Source: Nitrospirota bacterium (lineage in GTDB: Bacteria > Nitrospirota > UBA9217). Taken from it: 64,000 nucleotides of DNA. The notes beneath the pieces are model-generated. The model did not search any database, was not told where the DNA came from, and saw only the letters and a list, made by a program, of their open reading frames with translations. Made by a program: the position numbers and the translations under genes. The stretch covers positions 34,268 through 98,267 of the forward strand of contig JBARBN010000009.1 in the NCBI GenBank assembly GCA_049793155.1. Reading direction: 5' to 3'. This document shows positions 46,637 through 58,560 of the stretch, in pieces. Position 1 is the stretch's first letter. Each line of letters begins with the position of its first letter.

Positions 46637-47971
46637 ATGATCAACGTTCTTGTCGTCGACGACGAAGAGCCCTTCAGAAGGCTCCTGAACAAGGAACTGG
46701 CCCGCAAAGGATACGCCGTTCAAGTGGCACGCGACGGCGGCGAAGCCCTGCGCATTCTGCGCGACAACGTCTTTGATGTGATCCTCCTTGATGTCGTCAT
46801 GCCCGGTGTGAACGGCCTGTCGCTCATGAAGAAGCTGAAGGAGGACCCGGGGGCGCCTGCGATCATCGTCCTCACCGGCAAGGCAACGGTCGAGACCGCC
46901 GTGGACGCCATGAAGAACGGCGCCTATGATTATCTCACCAAGCCTTACAAGCTCGACGAACTGTCGATCGTCATCGAAAGGGCCTACGAGTTCAACCGCC
47001 TGAGCGTCAAGAACAAGCTGCTGGAGCAGGAGCTGGTAAGAAAAGAACCCCCCTATGAGTTCATCGGGAAAAGCAGGCAGCTTCAGGAGATCCTTGCGCT
47101 CATCAAGAAGGTGGCGCCTGCCGACTCACCGGTCTTCATTCAGGGCGAGAGCGGAACAGGCAAGGAGCTTATTGCGAACACGGTCTGGCACTACAGCGCC
47201 AGGAAGGACGCGCCGTTCATCGCCCTCAACTGCGCCTCCCTTTCGGAGACCCTGATCGAGTCCGAGATCTTCGGCCACGAGAAGGGCGCCTTCACCAATG
47301 CATACCAGCTGAAGCACGGCCTCGTCGAGGTGGCGGACAAGGGAACGCTGTTCCTTGACGAGATCGGGGAGATGCCCGTCGCGTTGCAGCCCAAGTTCCT
47401 TCGGTTCCTTGATTCCGGGGAGTTCCGGCGGGTCGGCGGGAACAAAACCCTGCGGGTGGACGTCCGCATGATCGCGGCAACCAACAAGGACCTGTCAAAC
47501 CTCATCAAGACGGGAAATTTCCGAGAAGACCTGTATTACCGCCTGAACGTGATCAACGTTGCCATTCCCCCGCTCCGGGACCGGAAAGAGGACATTGCCG
47601 GGCTCTCGGACCACTTCCTGAAAAAATATGCGCAGAAACTGTCCAAGTCCATCGCGGGTTTTACTGCGGAGGCCCGTGAACTGCTCACGGGGTATCAGTG
47701 GCCCGGCAATGTACGGGAGCTCGAGAATGTCATTGAGCGGGCCGTGATCCTGTGTGAGGGCGACCAGATCGGCGCGGAAGACCTGTCGATCTCGTCTTAT
47801 GCAGCGGTCGCTGAGATGAGCGTAAATCCTTCCCTCGAAGAGATGGAGAAGAACTATATCCTCCGGGTCCTGAAAGAAGCAGGCAACAACCAGTCAAAAG
47901 CGAGCCAGCTCCTCGGCATCGATCGGAAGACCCTGTATCTCAAACTGAAGAAATACGGGATCAGTCCTTAG
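46637..47971 (+). CDS. Sigma-54-dependent response regulator (NtrC/AtoC family).
   Basis: Receiver (VLVVDDEE...DVILLDVVMPG), [25 protein letters not shown]. Confidence 0.9.
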   Translation: MINVLVVDDEEPFRRLLNKELARKGYAVQVARDGGEALRILRDNVFDVILLDVVMPGVNGLSLMKKLKEDPGAPAIIVLTGKATVETAVDAMKNGAYDYLTKPYKLDELSIVIERAYEFNRLSVKNKLLEQELVRKEPPYEFIGKSRQLQEILALIKKVAPADSPVFIQGESGTGKELIANTVWHYSARKDAPFIALNCASLSETLIESEIFGHEKGAFTNAYQLKHGLVEVADKGTLFLDEIGEMPVALQPKFLRFLDSGEFRRVGGNKTLRVDVRMIAATNKDLSNLIKTGNFREDLYYRLNVINVAIPPLRDRKEDIAGLSDHFLKKYAQKLSKSIAGFTAEARELLTGYQWPGNVRELENVIERAVILCEGDQIGAEDLSISSYAAVAEMSVNPSLEEMEKNYILRVLKEAGNNQSKASQLLGIDRKTLYLKLKKYGISP

Positions 47972-47998
47972 CTTAATCGATTCATTTGCGTCCGTGCA

Positions 47999-49900
47999 TC
48001 ACTCCGCCAACCGTGACTTATGGGCATACCCCACCCGTTTCAATGCCTCTTCGATCTCATTCAGGGTCGAGGGGTCGTCAATGGTGGACGGTATGGAATA
48101 CTGCTCACCGTCCGCTATCTTGCGCATAGGGCCGCGCAGGATCTTGCCCGAACGCGTTTTCGGCAGCCGCTTCACCACGCAGGTTTCCTTGTACGAGGCA
48201 ATGGGACCTATCATGTCCCGGATCATTGCCGCGAGTTCCTTCCGGATCTCCTGCTCGGGGCGGGCCGCGCCCGCCTTGAGCACGCACAGCCCGACCGGCA
48301 CCTGTCCCTTGAGCTCGTCATGCACGCCGATGACCGCGCATTCCGCGATGTCCTTGTGCGTGGCGACCACCTCTTCCATCTCGCCCGTCGAGAGACGGTG
48401 GCCTGCCACGTTGATCACGTCGTCCACGCGGCCCATGATAAAGACGTACCCGTCCTCGTCGATATAACCGCCGTCGCTCGTATAATAGTAGCCGGGATAA
48501 ATTTTGAGATATGCTTCCTCGAAGCGGGCGTCCGCCTGCCAGAGCGTGGGAAGCGTCCCCGGGGGCAGGGGGAGCTTGATGGTCACGAGACCCGTTTCTT
48601 TCGGTTTGGCCTGCCTGCCGCTCGTGTCGAGGATCGTGACATTGAAACCAGGGACCGGCTTGGTTGAAGAGCCCGGCTTGATCGGAAAGGACTCGATGCC
48701 CATACAGTTCGCGGTAATGGGCCAGCCCGATTCTGTCTGCCACCAGTGGTCGATCACGGGTTTGTTCAGGAGATCGTGCGCCCAGTGATAGGTGTCGGAA
48801 TCGAGACGCTCGCCCGCAAGGAACAGGTACTTGAATTTCGAAAGGTCATACTTTTTAATGAACTCGCCTTTCGGATCTTCCTTCTTGATTGCGCGGAACG
48901 CGGTCGGTGCGGTGAACAGCACCTTTACCTTGTGCTCGGAGATGACCCTCCAGAACGCGCCGGCATCGGGAGTGCCGACCGGCTTTCCCTCATAAAGGAC
49001 CGTTGTGCACCCGTGAAACAGCGGCCCGTACACGATGTAGGAGTGGCCCACGACCCAGCCCACGTCCGAGGCCGCCCAATACACATCGCCGGGCTCTACG
49101 CCATAGATGTGCCGCATGCTCCAGCGGAGTGCCACCGCGTGCCCGCCGTTGTCACGGACAACGCCCTTCGGCTTCCCGGTGGTGCCCGAGGTATACAGGA
49201 TATAGAGCGGGTCCGTTGCCCGGACAGAGGTGCACTCGACAGGCACTCCCTTTGCCATGAGTTCGTCCCAATCGAGATCGCGGGCGCTGTTCATTGCCGC
49301 CTTTACGAATTTACGCTGGAAAATGATGCACTTCTCCGGCTTATGCGCCGACTGTTCGATCGCCCTGTCCAGCATGGGTTTGTATTCCAGGGTCTTCTTC
49401 CCTTCAATGGCGCCTGAGGCGGTGATGATGACCCTCGGCTTTGCATCGTCGATCCTGATCGCAAGTTCATGCGGCGCGAATCCGCCGAATACCACTGAGT
49501 GCACCGCACCCAGGCGGGCGCACGCGAGCATGGCGATCACGGCCTGCGGGATCATCGGCATGTAGATGATGGCGGTATCGCCCTTGGTGACGCCGAGGTC
49601 CTTGAGCGCGCCGGCGAAGCGCGAGACCAGATCGAGCAGCTCCCGGTAGGTATACTTCCTGATCGTGTTCGTTACCGGGCTGTCGTAGATGAGCGCCACC
49701 TGGTCCGCGCGTCCGTAGAGGACGTGGCGGTCAAGGGCGTTGAAGCACGTGTTCATCAGGGCGCCCGGGAACCACCGGTAGAACGGCTTGTTCGAATCAT
49801 CGAGCACCTTGTCCCACTTCTTTTCCCAGGTAATTGCCTGCGCAGCATCACCCCAGAACCCCTCGGGGTCCTTGATGCTTCTTTGAAAGAGCTCTTCGTA
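47999..49900 (-). CDS. prpE: Acetate/propionate--CoA ligase (AMP-forming acyl-CoA synthetase); by context the PrpE candidate.
   Basis: AMP-binding motifs (YTSGTTGKPKG; YYTSDGG...DGY); GAGGAGG RBS before MGRYEE. Last gene of the minus-strand prp cluster. Confidence 0.7.
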   Translation of the reverse strand, partial: YEELFQRSIKDPEGFWGDAAQAITWEKKWDKVLDDSNKPFYRWFPGALMNTCFNALDRHVLYGRADQVALIYDSPVTNTIRKYTYRELLDLVSRFAGALKDLGVTKGDTAIIYMPMIPQAVIAMLACARLGAVHSVVFGGFAPHELAIRIDDAKPRVIITASGAIEGKKTLEYKPMLDRAIEQSAHKPEKCIIFQRKFVKAAMNSARDLDWDELMAKGVPVECTSVRATDPLYILYTSGTTGKPKGVVRDNGGHAVALRWSMRHIYGVEPGDVYWAASDVGWVVGHSYIVYGPLFHGCTTVLYEGKPVGTPDAGAFWRVISEHKVKVLFTAPTAFRAIKKEDPKGEFIKKYDLSKFKYLFLAGERLDSDTYHWAHDLLNKPVIDHWWQTESGWPITANCMGIESFPIKPGSSTKPVPGFNVTILDTSGRQAKPKETGLVTIKLPLPPGTLPTLWQADARFEEAYLKIYPGYYYTSDGGYIDEDGYVFIMGRVDDVINVAGHRLSTGEMEEVVATHKDIAECAVIGVHDELKGQVPVGLCVLKAGAARPEQEIRKELAAMIRDMIGPIASYKETCVVKRLPKTRSGKILRGPMRKIADGEQYSIPSTIDDPSTLNEIEEALKRVGYAHKSRLAE

Positions 49901-50069
49901 CCTTCCCATGGACAGCCTCCTCACCTTGCTTGAATGTACATTTTTTTTGCGACTGGAATGGTGAAAGGGTTATTCACGTTTCCGTGAAAGGTCACAAAAC
50001 CTCTCTCAGGGAAGGAGAATTTTAATGCGAGGCAACAACTATTCGCTTTCCCCGGTTCTCCTGGAAAGA

Positions 50070-52772
50070 TCATGTTTCTTTCAGTAATTCCCGAAGCACA
50101 TACTGAAGAATTCCACCATGAAGATAATAGTCCACCTCAATGTCGGTGTCAATACGTGAAAGCAGCTTCACTTCGTGCGTGCTTCCGTCCGTTTTTCTTA
50201 TGAGCATCCTCATTTCCTGCTGCGGCCTGATCGTGTTCGGGCCAAGGATATCGAATTCCTCGTCCCCGTTGATCCCGAGGGACTGGATAGATTCATGCTC
50301 CATGAACTGCAGCGGCAAAACACCCATGCCCACAAGGTTCGCCCGGTGTATCCGCTCGAAGCTCTTCGCAACCACGGCCCGGACGCCAAGCAGCCGCGTA
50401 CCTTTGGCTGCCCAATCCCGCGACGAGCCCGTGCCGTATTCCTCTCCGCCGAAGACGATCAAGGGCGTGCCCCGGGCGCGATACTTCATCGCGGCATCGT
50501 AGATGGACATCTGTTCCCCCGATGGCTGGAACAGGGTGAGACCGCCTTCATTGCGCGAGCCGTCCGGCTTCTGCGGAAGCATGATGTTCCTGATCCGCAC
50601 GTTCGCGAAGGTGCCGCGCACCATGACCTCGTGATTGCCCCTGCGTGTTCCATAGCTTTGGAAGTCGGCTTTGGAGACGCCCTTCTCCACGAGGTACCTG
50701 CCCGCGGGCGTAGTTTCCCTGATCGTACCGGCGGGACTGATATGGTCCGTGGTGAGGGAATCTCCGAACATGCCGAGTGCGCGCGCCCCGACGACCGCAC
50801 CAACCCGGGCGGGCTCAATGCTGAAATCTTCGAAGAACGGCGGCTCGGTAATATACGTGGACTTCGGCCAGGCGTAGACATCGTCCTTGACGGAAACGAT
50901 GCCGTCCCACAATGAGTTGCCCGCGGCCAGGTCATCGTATCTGCGCCTGTAGGCGACAGGATCATTTGCATACCTCATAACCGATGCGATCTCGGTGCTC
51001 GTGGGCCAGAGGTCTTTAAGATAAATTTTTGTGCCGTCTTCGGCAACGCCGAGCGGGGTGGTCACGGGGTCCCAAAGAAGGCTGCCTGCGATGGCAAAGG
51101 CAACGACGAGCGGCGGGCTCATGAGATAGTTCGCGCGCAGATTGGGATGGATCCGCGCCTCGAAATTCCGGTTGCCGGAAAGCACTGCCGCGCACACGAG
51201 ATTATTGCGCACAATGGCCTCCTCGATCCCCTCGTCCAGGGGGCCGGAGTTTCCGATACAGGTTGTGCACCCATACGCGGCAACGTAAAATCCCAATTGC
51301 TCGAGATACGGAAGCAGCCCTGCCCGCTGCAGATAATCGGTCACGACGCGTGAGCCCGGGGCAAGCGAGGTCTTGATCTTTTTATCTACTGACAGGTTCT
51401 TCTCCACCGCCTTTTTCGCGAGCAGGCCTGCAGCCAGAAGCAGGGAGGGATTGGAGGTATTCGTACAGGAAGTAATGGCCGCGATCATGACGTCGCCGGA
51501 ACCGATATCAAGACCGGCCTTTGTTTTCCATCGCCTTGCAAGATCTTCAGCCGTTCTGCCAAAGCCGTTCTCTGATTCCGGTTTGACGAATAATTCGGAG
51601 AACTGGTCTTTCAATCGGAGAAGATCTACCCGGTCCTGAGGACGCCGGGGACCGGCCACCGCTGGCTTGACCTTCGAGAGATCGAACTCCAGGGTCCTCG
51701 TATAATCGATATCGCCGGGTTTCGGTATGCCGTACATGCCCTGGGCCTTGAAATACGCCTTGAATGCGGCGATCTCTTCTTCCGTCCTGCCGGTCATGCG
51801 GAAGTACCCGACGGTCATATCGTCCACCGGGAAGAATCCCATGGTTGCCCCGTATTCCGGCGCCATGTTCGCGATCGTCGCCCGGTCCGGCACGCTGAGC
51901 GAGCTGGTTCCGCTGCCGAAGAACTCGACGAACGCTCCGACGACCTTTTTCATCCTGAGCATTTCCGTGATCGCAAGCACAAGATCGGTTGCAGTGACAC
52001 CCTCCGTGAGCGCACCCAGGAGATTCACGCCGACGACATCGGGGGTGAGAAAATACAAAGGCTGGCCGAGCATCCCGGCCTCTGCCTCGATCCCGCCCAC
52101 TCCCCATCCTGCAACGCCGATGCTGTTGATCATCGTGGTGTGGCTGTCGGTCCCGACCAGGGTATCAGGATAAAAAACGCCATCCTTGCTGTGCACGCCG
52201 CGCCCGAGATGCTCCAGATTGACCTGGTGACAGATGCCGATGCCCGGAGGGACCACCCTGAAGGTCTTGAACGCGTTCATGCCCCATTTAAGAAATGCGT
52301 AGCGCTCCTGGTTGCGCGCAAATTCCATTTCCAGGTTTTTTTGAAGAGAGCCGGGTTGGCAGTAGGAATCCACCTGTACCGAGTGGTCGATCACAAGGTC
52401 GACAGGAACGAGGGGTTCGATGATCTTCGGGTCTTTCGCCATCTTCCGCACCGCGCCGCGCATGGCAGCGAGATCGCACAGCAGGGGTACTCCGGTAAAG
52501 TCCTGGAGAAGGATGCGGGAGACCACGAAGGGGATTTCATGAACGCGGCGTGCGGTCGGCGCCCAGGAGGCGAGCTGCCTGATATGGTCTTCGGTGATCT
52601 TGCGGCTGTCGTAATTACGCAGGATCGATTCGAGCACGATCCGGATCGAGACCGGCAAACGGGAGATCCCCTTGAGCCCGGCCTGCTCCAGCGCCGGAAG
52701 GGAGTAGAACCTGCCCGGCTTCCCGTTGCCGGGATCGAACTCGCGCAGCGTATTGAAGAGATTATGGGTCAC
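50070..52772 (-). CDS. acnA: Aconitate hydratase A-type (900 aa), embedded in the methylcitrate operon.
   Basis: AcnA-length protein with Fe-S ligand motifs and a C-terminal swivel domain. No adjacent prpF, which argues against AcnD. Confidence 0.8.
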   Translation of the reverse strand: MTHNLFNTLREFDPGNGKPGRFYSLPALEQAGLKGISRLPVSIRIVLESILRNYDSRKITEDHIRQLASWAPTARRVHEIPFVVSRILLQDFTGVPLLCDLAAMRGAVRKMAKDPKIIEPLVPVDLVIDHSVQVDSYCQPGSLQKNLEMEFARNQERYAFLKWGMNAFKTFRVVPPGIGICHQVNLEHLGRGVHSKDGVFYPDTLVGTDSHTTMINSIGVAGWGVGGIEAEAGMLGQPLYFLTPDVVGVNLLGALTEGVTATDLVLAITEMLRMKKVVGAFVEFFGSGTSSLSVPDRATIANMAPEYGATMGFFPVDDMTVGYFRMTGRTEEEIAAFKAYFKAQGMYGIPKPGDIDYTRTLEFDLSKVKPAVAGPRRPQDRVDLLRLKDQFSELFVKPESENGFGRTAEDLARRWKTKAGLDIGSGDVMIAAITSCTNTSNPSLLLAAGLLAKKAVEKNLSVDKKIKTSLAPGSRVVTDYLQRAGLLPYLEQLGFYVAAYGCTTCIGNSGPLDEGIEEAIVRNNLVCAAVLSGNRNFEARIHPNLRANYLMSPPLVVAFAIAGSLLWDPVTTPLGVAEDGTKIYLKDLWPTSTEIASVMRYANDPVAYRRRYDDLAAGNSLWDGIVSVKDDVYAWPKSTYITEPPFFEDFSIEPARVGAVVGARALGMFGDSLTTDHISPAGTIRETTPAGRYLVEKGVSKADFQSYGTRRGNHEVMVRGTFANVRIRNIMLPQKPDGSRNEGGLTLFQPSGEQMSIYDAAMKYRARGTPLIVFGGEEYGTGSSRDWAAKGTRLLGVRAVVAKSFERIHRANLVGMGVLPLQFMEHESIQSLGINGDEEFDILGPNTIRPQQEMRMLIRKTDGSTHEVKLLSRIDTDIEVDYYLHGGILQYVLRELLKET

Positions 52773-52824
52773 AATAGATATCTAAGTTGGACAAGATAGC
52801 ATTAAAAAGCCGGCCACGCCCGCG

Positions 52825-54276
52825 CTAGATCACGAACAGATCCACATATTCATTGACCGGCATGGATTCAAGCCTCCGGCGGTCGAGCGAGACGTCAAGG
52901 ATCGCCTTCTGCTGTTTCTGCGGGAACCGACGCGCAAGGTTCACCTTGAATTTTTCGATGAGCAGGGGCATTCCCTCTTTGCGCCGGCGGCGGTGCCCGA
53001 TGGGATATTCGACCACGATCTCCGGCAGTTTCGTTCCGTCCGAAAACTCCACGGTTAAGGCGTTGGCGATCGATCGCTTGTCCGGGTCGTGGTAATCCCC
53101 GGTGAACCGCGGGTCTTCCACGCACACGATCTTGTCGCGAAGCGCGTCAATGCGCGGGTCCCTGGCAACGCTGTCCTCATAGTCGGCCGCGGTCAACCGT
53201 CCGAAGATGAGCGGTACGGCGACCATATACTGGATGCAATGATCGCGATCAGCGGGATTGTTCAGGGGTCCCTTCTTATCGATGATGCGGATCGCGGCCT
53301 CATGCGTGCGAATCGTGATCTTTTTTATGTCGTCAACGGTCCTGTTGATCTCCTTTAATTTTGCATGCAGGCTCATGGAGCATTCCACCGCCGTCTGAGA
53401 GTGGAACTCGGCAGGGAACGATATCTTGAACAGCACGTTCTCCATGACATAGGAGCCGTAAGGACGCTGGAACTTGAATGCATTTCCTTTAAAGAGCGCG
53501 TCATAAAAACCCCATCCCTTGGCCGTGAGCACGCTCGGGATGCCCATCTCACCCTTGATGGAGAAAAGCGCAAGCCGCACGGCGCGGCTCGTGGCGTCTC
53601 CCGCTGCCCAGGACTTGCGCGAGCCCGTGTTCGGCGCATGCCGGTACGTACGAAGCGACTGGCCGTCCACGAATGACTGCGAAACCGCGTTGATCACCTC
53701 GTCGCGGTTTCCGCCCATGAGCCAGGCGCAGACAGCGGCGGAGGCCACTTTCACGAGAACCACATGGTCGAGTCCCACCCGGTTGAACGCGTTCTCGAGC
53801 GCGATCACGCCCTGGATCTCGTGGGCCTTGATCATGGCCTCGAGCACGTTGTTCATGATGAGCGGTTCCCTGCCCATTGCAATGCGCGTACGCGAAAGCC
53901 AGTCTGCGGTCGCAAGAATGCCGCCCAGATTGTCCGACGGGTGCCCCCACTCGGCGGCGAGCCAGGTGTCGTTGAAATCAAGCCAGCGGACCAAGGCGCC
54001 GATATTGAACGCGGCCTGTACCGGATCGAGCTGGAACTGGGTGCCCGGGACCTTTGCGCCGTTCGGTACAATGGTGCCGGGAACGATCGGCCCCATGAGC
54101 TTGGTGCACGCCGGATAGTCCAGTGCTTCGATGCCGCATCCGATGGTGTCAATGAGGCAATGCCTCGCGGTTTCATATGCCTCGTCAGAGGTGATCGTGT
54201 AGTTCTTGACGTAATCGGCGATGTCGACCAGGACCTTGTCCGGCCCGGGCCGTGCGTTGGATGTGGGGGAACTCAT
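52825..54276 (-). CDS. prpD: 2-methylcitrate dehydratase PrpD (MmgE/PrpD family).
   Basis: 483 aa; MmgE/PrpD signature regions; sits between prpC and acnA. Confidence 0.85.
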   Translation of the reverse strand: MSSPTSNARPGPDKVLVDIADYVKNYTITSDEAYETARHCLIDTIGCGIEALDYPACTKLMGPIVPGTIVPNGAKVPGTQFQLDPVQAAFNIGALVRWLDFNDTWLAAEWGHPSDNLGGILATADWLSRTRIAMGREPLIMNNVLEAMIKAHEIQGVIALENAFNRVGLDHVVLVKVASAAVCAWLMGGNRDEVINAVSQSFVDGQSLRTYRHAPNTGSRKSWAAGDATSRAVRLALFSIKGEMGIPSVLTAKGWGFYDALFKGNAFKFQRPYGSYVMENVLFKISFPAEFHSQTAVECSMSLHAKLKEINRTVDDIKKITIRTHEAAIRIIDKKGPLNNPADRDHCIQYMVAVPLIFGRLTAADYEDSVARDPRIDALRDKIVCVEDPRFTGDYHDPDKRSIANALTVEFSDGTKLPEIVVEYPIGHRRRRKEGMPLLIEKFKVNLARRFPQKQQKAILDVSLDRRRLESMPVNEYVDLFVI

Positions 54277-54406
54277 TGTTCGGTTATCCTTTCAGCGAGA
54301 TTGGAGGAAGCGGACCATCCGGCATGCGTGCAAAGTTCCGGGATTGGAGAAGACCCGTGCCTCGACCATTACGTCATACTTCGATGTCTGACGGTTGAAC
54401 GTGCGG

Positions 54407-55579
54407 TTACCTGTCCCTGATCGGCACATAGGTCCTGTCATCCGGGCCGGTGTAATTTGCGGACGGCCGGATGATCTTGTTGTCCATCCGCTGCTCGATC
54501 ACATGCGCGCCCCAGCCGGTCGTGCGCGAGATTACGAAGATCGGCGTGAACAGGGGAGTGGGCACGCCCAGCATGTGGTAAGTGACCGCGGAGTACCAGT
54601 CAAGATTCGAGAACATGTTCTTTTCGCGTTTCATAACAGCCTCGATCCGGTCCGCCACCTGATAGAGGTTCATGTTTCCCCCGTCTTCGCAGAGTCCTTT
54701 GGCGATCGCCTTGATCGTGGCGTTCCGGGGATCGCTCACCGTGTACACGGGGTGTCCGAAACCGATGATGATCTCCTTTCGGGCCACGCGCGCCATGATG
54801 TCCGCTTCAGCCTCGTCGGGAGTGCGGTAACGCCGCTGGATCTCGTGGGCAGCCTCGTTCGCTCCGCCGTGCTTCGGCCCGCGCAAAGCCCCGATGGCGC
54901 CGGTGATCGCGGAATACGCGTCTGACAGGGTCCCGGCTATCACACGTGCGGAGAAGGTCGATGCCGTGAATTCGTGCTCAGCGTACAGGATCAGGGACTG
55001 GTCCAGGGCCTTCTCATGGAGCGCAGACTGCTTCCTGCCGTGCAAAAGGTGCAGGAAGTGACCTGCAACCGTATCATCGTCCGTTTCCGCGTCGATCCTG
55101 CGGCCGTTCTCGGTAAAGTGCCACCAGTACAGCAGCATGGAGCCGAACGACGCGACCAGGCGGTCGATGATATCGCGCGCGCCCTGGAGGTTCTGGTCGT
55201 CCTTTTCCGGCAGCACCGTGCCGAGATACGAACAGGCCGTGCGCATCACATCCATGGGATGGGTCGCTGCCGGGATCTGCTCAAGAACGTCCTTGACGCG
55301 GGCGGGTATGCCGCGCAGCTGCTTCAGCTTCTTCCGATAGTCCTTGAGCTGCGATTCCGTGGGCAGATCGCCGTGAATGAGCAGATAGGCGATCTCCTCA
55401 AAGGTGGATTTCTTTGCAAGCTCCACGATGTCGTACCCCCGGTAGTGCAGATCGTTCCCCGTACGCCCGACCGTGCAAACCGCGGAATTACCCGCGATCA
55501 CGCCCGAGAGGGCGACCGATTTTTTTACTTTCGGAGCGGCAGGTTCCGTTGTCGGGGTTGCGCCAGAATTTGTGCTCAT
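54407..55579 (-). CDS. prpC: 2-methylcitrate synthase PrpC (citrate synthase family).
   Basis: Citrate synthase catalytic His/Asp region (GFGHPVY...), 390 aa; 4-nt overlap with prpB. Confidence 0.85.
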   Translation of the reverse strand: MSTNSGATPTTEPAAPKVKKSVALSGVIAGNSAVCTVGRTGNDLHYRGYDIVELAKKSTFEEIAYLLIHGDLPTESQLKDYRKKLKQLRGIPARVKDVLEQIPAATHPMDVMRTACSYLGTVLPEKDDQNLQGARDIIDRLVASFGSMLLYWWHFTENGRRIDAETDDDTVAGHFLHLLHGRKQSALHEKALDQSLILYAEHEFTASTFSARVIAGTLSDAYSAITGAIGALRGPKHGGANEAAHEIQRRYRTPDEAEADIMARVARKEIIIGFGHPVYTVSDPRNATIKAIAKGLCEDGGNMNLYQVADRIEAVMKREKNMFSNLDWYSAVTYHMLGVPTPLFTPIFVISRTTGWGAHVIEQRMDNKIIRPSANYTGPDDRTYVPIRDR

Positions 55580-56466
55580 GGTTGATCCTCCTTGGAAAAG
55601 AGTGCATCCAGCTTTTGTTCAAAGGCATGATAGCCGAGATAATCATACAATTCCTCGCGGGTCTGCATGAGGCTGACCACGTTCTTCTGCGTCCCCTCGC
55701 TCCGGATCGCCCCGTAGACCGCCAGCGCGGCCTTGCTCATGGCGCGGAACGCGGAGAGCGGGTAGAGAACGATCGACACCTCGGCGCCCCGGAGATCTTC
55801 GACGGTAAAGAGCGGGGTCGACCCGAATTCCGTGATGTTTGCCAGGATGGGGACCTGGACCGCGCTCGCGAATTTCTTATACGTCGCGAGGTCCTTCACG
55901 GCCTCGGGAAAGATCATGTCCGCTCCGGCCTCCACACAGGCAACTGCCCGTTCGAGAGCTGCCTCGATGCCTTCGACCGCGATGGCGTCGGTCCTTGCCA
56001 TGATGATGAAGTCAGGGTCGGTCTTCGCGTCCACGGCGGCCTTGATGCGGTCGGCCATCTCGCCTTTGGTGACGATCGCCTTGCCCGGCCTGTGGCCGCA
56101 GCGCTTTGACTGGACCTGGTCCTCAATATGAACTGCGGCAGCCCCCTGTTTGATCATGGACCTGATCGTACGCGCAATATTAAAAGCGCCGCCCCAGCCC
56201 GTATCAATGTCGACCAGAACAGGCAGGTCGGTATTGTCCGTGATGCGCCGCACGTCGGTAAGCACGTCATCCATAGTGCTGATCCCGAGGTCCGGCACAC
56301 CGAGCGAACTTGCCGCCACGCCGCCGCCGGAAACATAGAGCGCCCTGAAGCCGCTTCGCTCGGCCAGCCGCGCCCCAAAGGCATTGATCGCGCCGACAAC
56401 CTGCAACGGTTTTTCATCCTTGACCGCGGCCCGGAAACGGGCACCTGCTGAGCTTATCCTGGACAT
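55576..56466 (-). CDS. prpB: Methylisocitrate lyase PrpB.
   Basis: PEP-mutase/ICL superfamily with KRCGH active-site motif; 296 aa. Confidence 0.85.
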   Translation of the reverse strand: MSRISSAGARFRAAVKDEKPLQVVGAINAFGARLAERSGFRALYVSGGGVAASSLGVPDLGISTMDDVLTDVRRITDNTDLPVLVDIDTGWGGAFNIARTIRSMIKQGAAAVHIEDQVQSKRCGHRPGKAIVTKGEMADRIKAAVDAKTDPDFIIMARTDAIAVEGIEAALERAVACVEAGADMIFPEAVKDLATYKKFASAVQVPILANITEFGSTPLFTVEDLRGAEVSIVLYPLSAFRAMSKAALAVYGAIRSEGTQKNVVSLMQTREELYDYLGYHAFEQKLDALFSKEDQP

Positions 56467-56569
56467 GCTGTAATCCTCCTCGGGGCGTCGCTGGGATCCG
56501 ATGATCTACTATATGTTCCCTTGCTCCCCGAGTCAAGCCGTATTCGAGCGGTTGGGGATCGAGATACAT

Positions 56570-56585
56570 TGGTACGCTTGATGCA
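56570..56585 (+). promoter_or_regulatory. Candidate sigma-54 promoter upstream of the TPP-enzyme gene.
   Basis: TGGTACG-cttg-ATGCA with correct GG-N10-GC spacing, ~250 nt upstream of the 56833 ATG. A second near-match, GGCACatttaTGCA (56727-56742), has 9-nt spacing. Confidence 0.3.
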
Positions 56586-56832
56586 TTTAGTAGACAGCAA
56601 GTATTGTTCCAAACCGTTACCCCGGAAAAAAAAAGAATAAATGCCTGAAATTAATAAAGAGGGAACAGGGCCCGTTGATATATGCAGGTGTCGTCCTCCT
56701 GCAAAAAAGATCATTTACGCAAATTCTTGCAGGCACATTTATGCATTTCATCTTTTTGATGCACTCGTCGACCGTCTCATGATAGAATAGATGCACAGTC
56801 CGGAAAAGCGGTCATCAAGGAGGATCGTCATC

Positions 56833-58455
56833 ATGAAGGCTTCCGACCTTCTGGTCAAGTGTCTCGAAAATGAGGGCGTGGAGTACATTTTCGGTATTCC
56901 CGGCGAGGAAACGCTCGACCTGATGGAATCGCTCCGCACCTCGAAGATAAAATTCATCGTCACCCGCCACGAACAGGCGGCGGCGTTCATGGCAGATGCG
57001 TACGGCAGGCTCACCGGCAGAGCGGGCGTCTGCATGGCGACCCTGGGTCCGGGCGCCACAAATCTCTTCACCGGCGTGGCCGATGCATATCTCGACGCAT
57101 CCCCCATGGTGGCGATCACCGGGCAGGCGGATCTCAAGCGTATACACAAGGAATCGCACCAGTACATCAATATCGTCGAGATGTGCGAAAGCGTGACCAA
57201 GTGGAATGGCCGGATCGAAACACCCGAGGTCATCCCCGAGATGCTCCGGAAGGCCTTCAAGCTGGCGGAAGCGGAAAAACCCGGACCCACTCACCTGGAG
57301 CTGCCCGAGAACATCGCTTCCATGAATGTCCATGAGATGTACGTCGCGATGATCCCGCCGCACCGGGCGCGCAGGAGCTCTCCCGACCGGCAGTCGCTCA
57401 GGAAGGCGGCTGATCTTATCGAGGCCGCGGCTTTTCCCGTCATCCTGGCCGGCCACGGCGTTGTCCGAAAGGCGGCGAACGCGCAGCTCCAGCAGTTCGC
57501 CGAGCTTCTGTGCGTTCCCGTGGTGACGACGTTCATGGGAAAAGGGTCGGTCAGCGCGAAGAGCCCCTGCTGCATCGGCTCCCTCGGGCTCGCGAACGAC
57601 CGTCAGCTCGACGATGTTTTCACCAAAGCGGACCTCATCATTGCCGTCGGGTACGGACTCGTCGAATACTCGCCGAAGAACTGGAACCCAAAGCTCAACA
57701 AGAGGATCATCCACATTGATTTCACCTCGAGCGAGGTCGACCTGCACTACGTCCCTGAAGTCGAGATCGTCTCCGACATCCGGGAGAGCATCGATCTCCT
57801 GGAGGGCATGCTCAGCACGAATAAGAAGAGCCAGTGCGCCATCGATCTTCATGCCAGTTTTCGCGAGGATTTCGAACGCATCGGCAGGGAGATGACCTGG
57901 CCCGTCCGTCCTCCCCAGATCCTTTACAGCATCAGAAAGGTGCTTGCCGATTCCGATATCCTCATTTCCGACGTGGGAACATGCAAGTTCTGGGCGGCGA
58001 AATTCTATCCCGTGCGCGAAAACAATACCTTCATCATGTCGAACGGCTTTGCCTCCATGGGCTTTTCCCTCCCTACGGCGCTGACGGCCAAACTGGTGAA
58101 TCCGCGAAGTAACGTGGTGGCCCTCTCGGGCGATGGCGGCTTTCTCATGAACCTGCAAGACCTCGAGACCGCGGTCCGGCTGAAACTCAACATGGCCATC
58201 GTGGTCTTCAACGACAGCTGCTACAACCTGATCAAATGGAAATCCATGAAAAAGTTCGGCGCCGCGTACGGCGTTGACTTCACAAATCCCGACTTCATCA
58301 CGGTCGCGGAAGGCTTCGGCGCAGTGGGCATGCGGCTTAAGACCGCAGCGGACTTCGAGCCCATGCTCCGGGACGCGCTCACCAGGGGTGTGCCCGTCGT
58401 GATCGACGTGCCCATAGACTATTCGGAGAACGAGCTGATCTACAAACTGCTCTAA
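56833..58455 (+). CDS. Thiamine-pyrophosphate enzyme of the acetolactate synthase large-subunit family.
   Basis: N-terminal TPP-binding (GIPGEE), central, and C-terminal GDGGF TPP motif; AAGGAGG RBS. Confidence 0.7.
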   Translation: MKASDLLVKCLENEGVEYIFGIPGEETLDLMESLRTSKIKFIVTRHEQAAAFMADAYGRLTGRAGVCMATLGPGATNLFTGVADAYLDASPMVAITGQADLKRIHKESHQYINIVEMCESVTKWNGRIETPEVIPEMLRKAFKLAEAEKPGPTHLELPENIASMNVHEMYVAMIPPHRARRSSPDRQSLRKAADLIEAAAFPVILAGHGVVRKAANAQLQQFAELLCVPVVTTFMGKGSVSAKSPCCIGSLGLANDRQLDDVFTKADLIIAVGYGLVEYSPKNWNPKLNKRIIHIDFTSSEVDLHYVPEVEIVSDIRESIDLLEGMLSTNKKSQCAIDLHASFREDFERIGREMTWPVRPPQILYSIRKVLADSDILISDVGTCKFWAAKFYPVRENNTFIMSNGFASMGFSLPTALTAKLVNPRSNVVALSGDGGFLMNLQDLETAVRLKLNMAIVVFNDSCYNLIKWKSMKKFGAAYGVDFTNPDFITVAEGFGAVGMRLKTAADFEPMLRDALTRGVPVVIDVPIDYSENELIYKLL

Positions 58456-58560
58456 ACACAATCCGCGTGGACTTGAAATTGCTGCACGACATTTTCATCT
58501 TATGCTATAGTGGTGCCGTGAAAAACACTTCGAGCGTTCGACATTGAGGAGGGAAAAACC

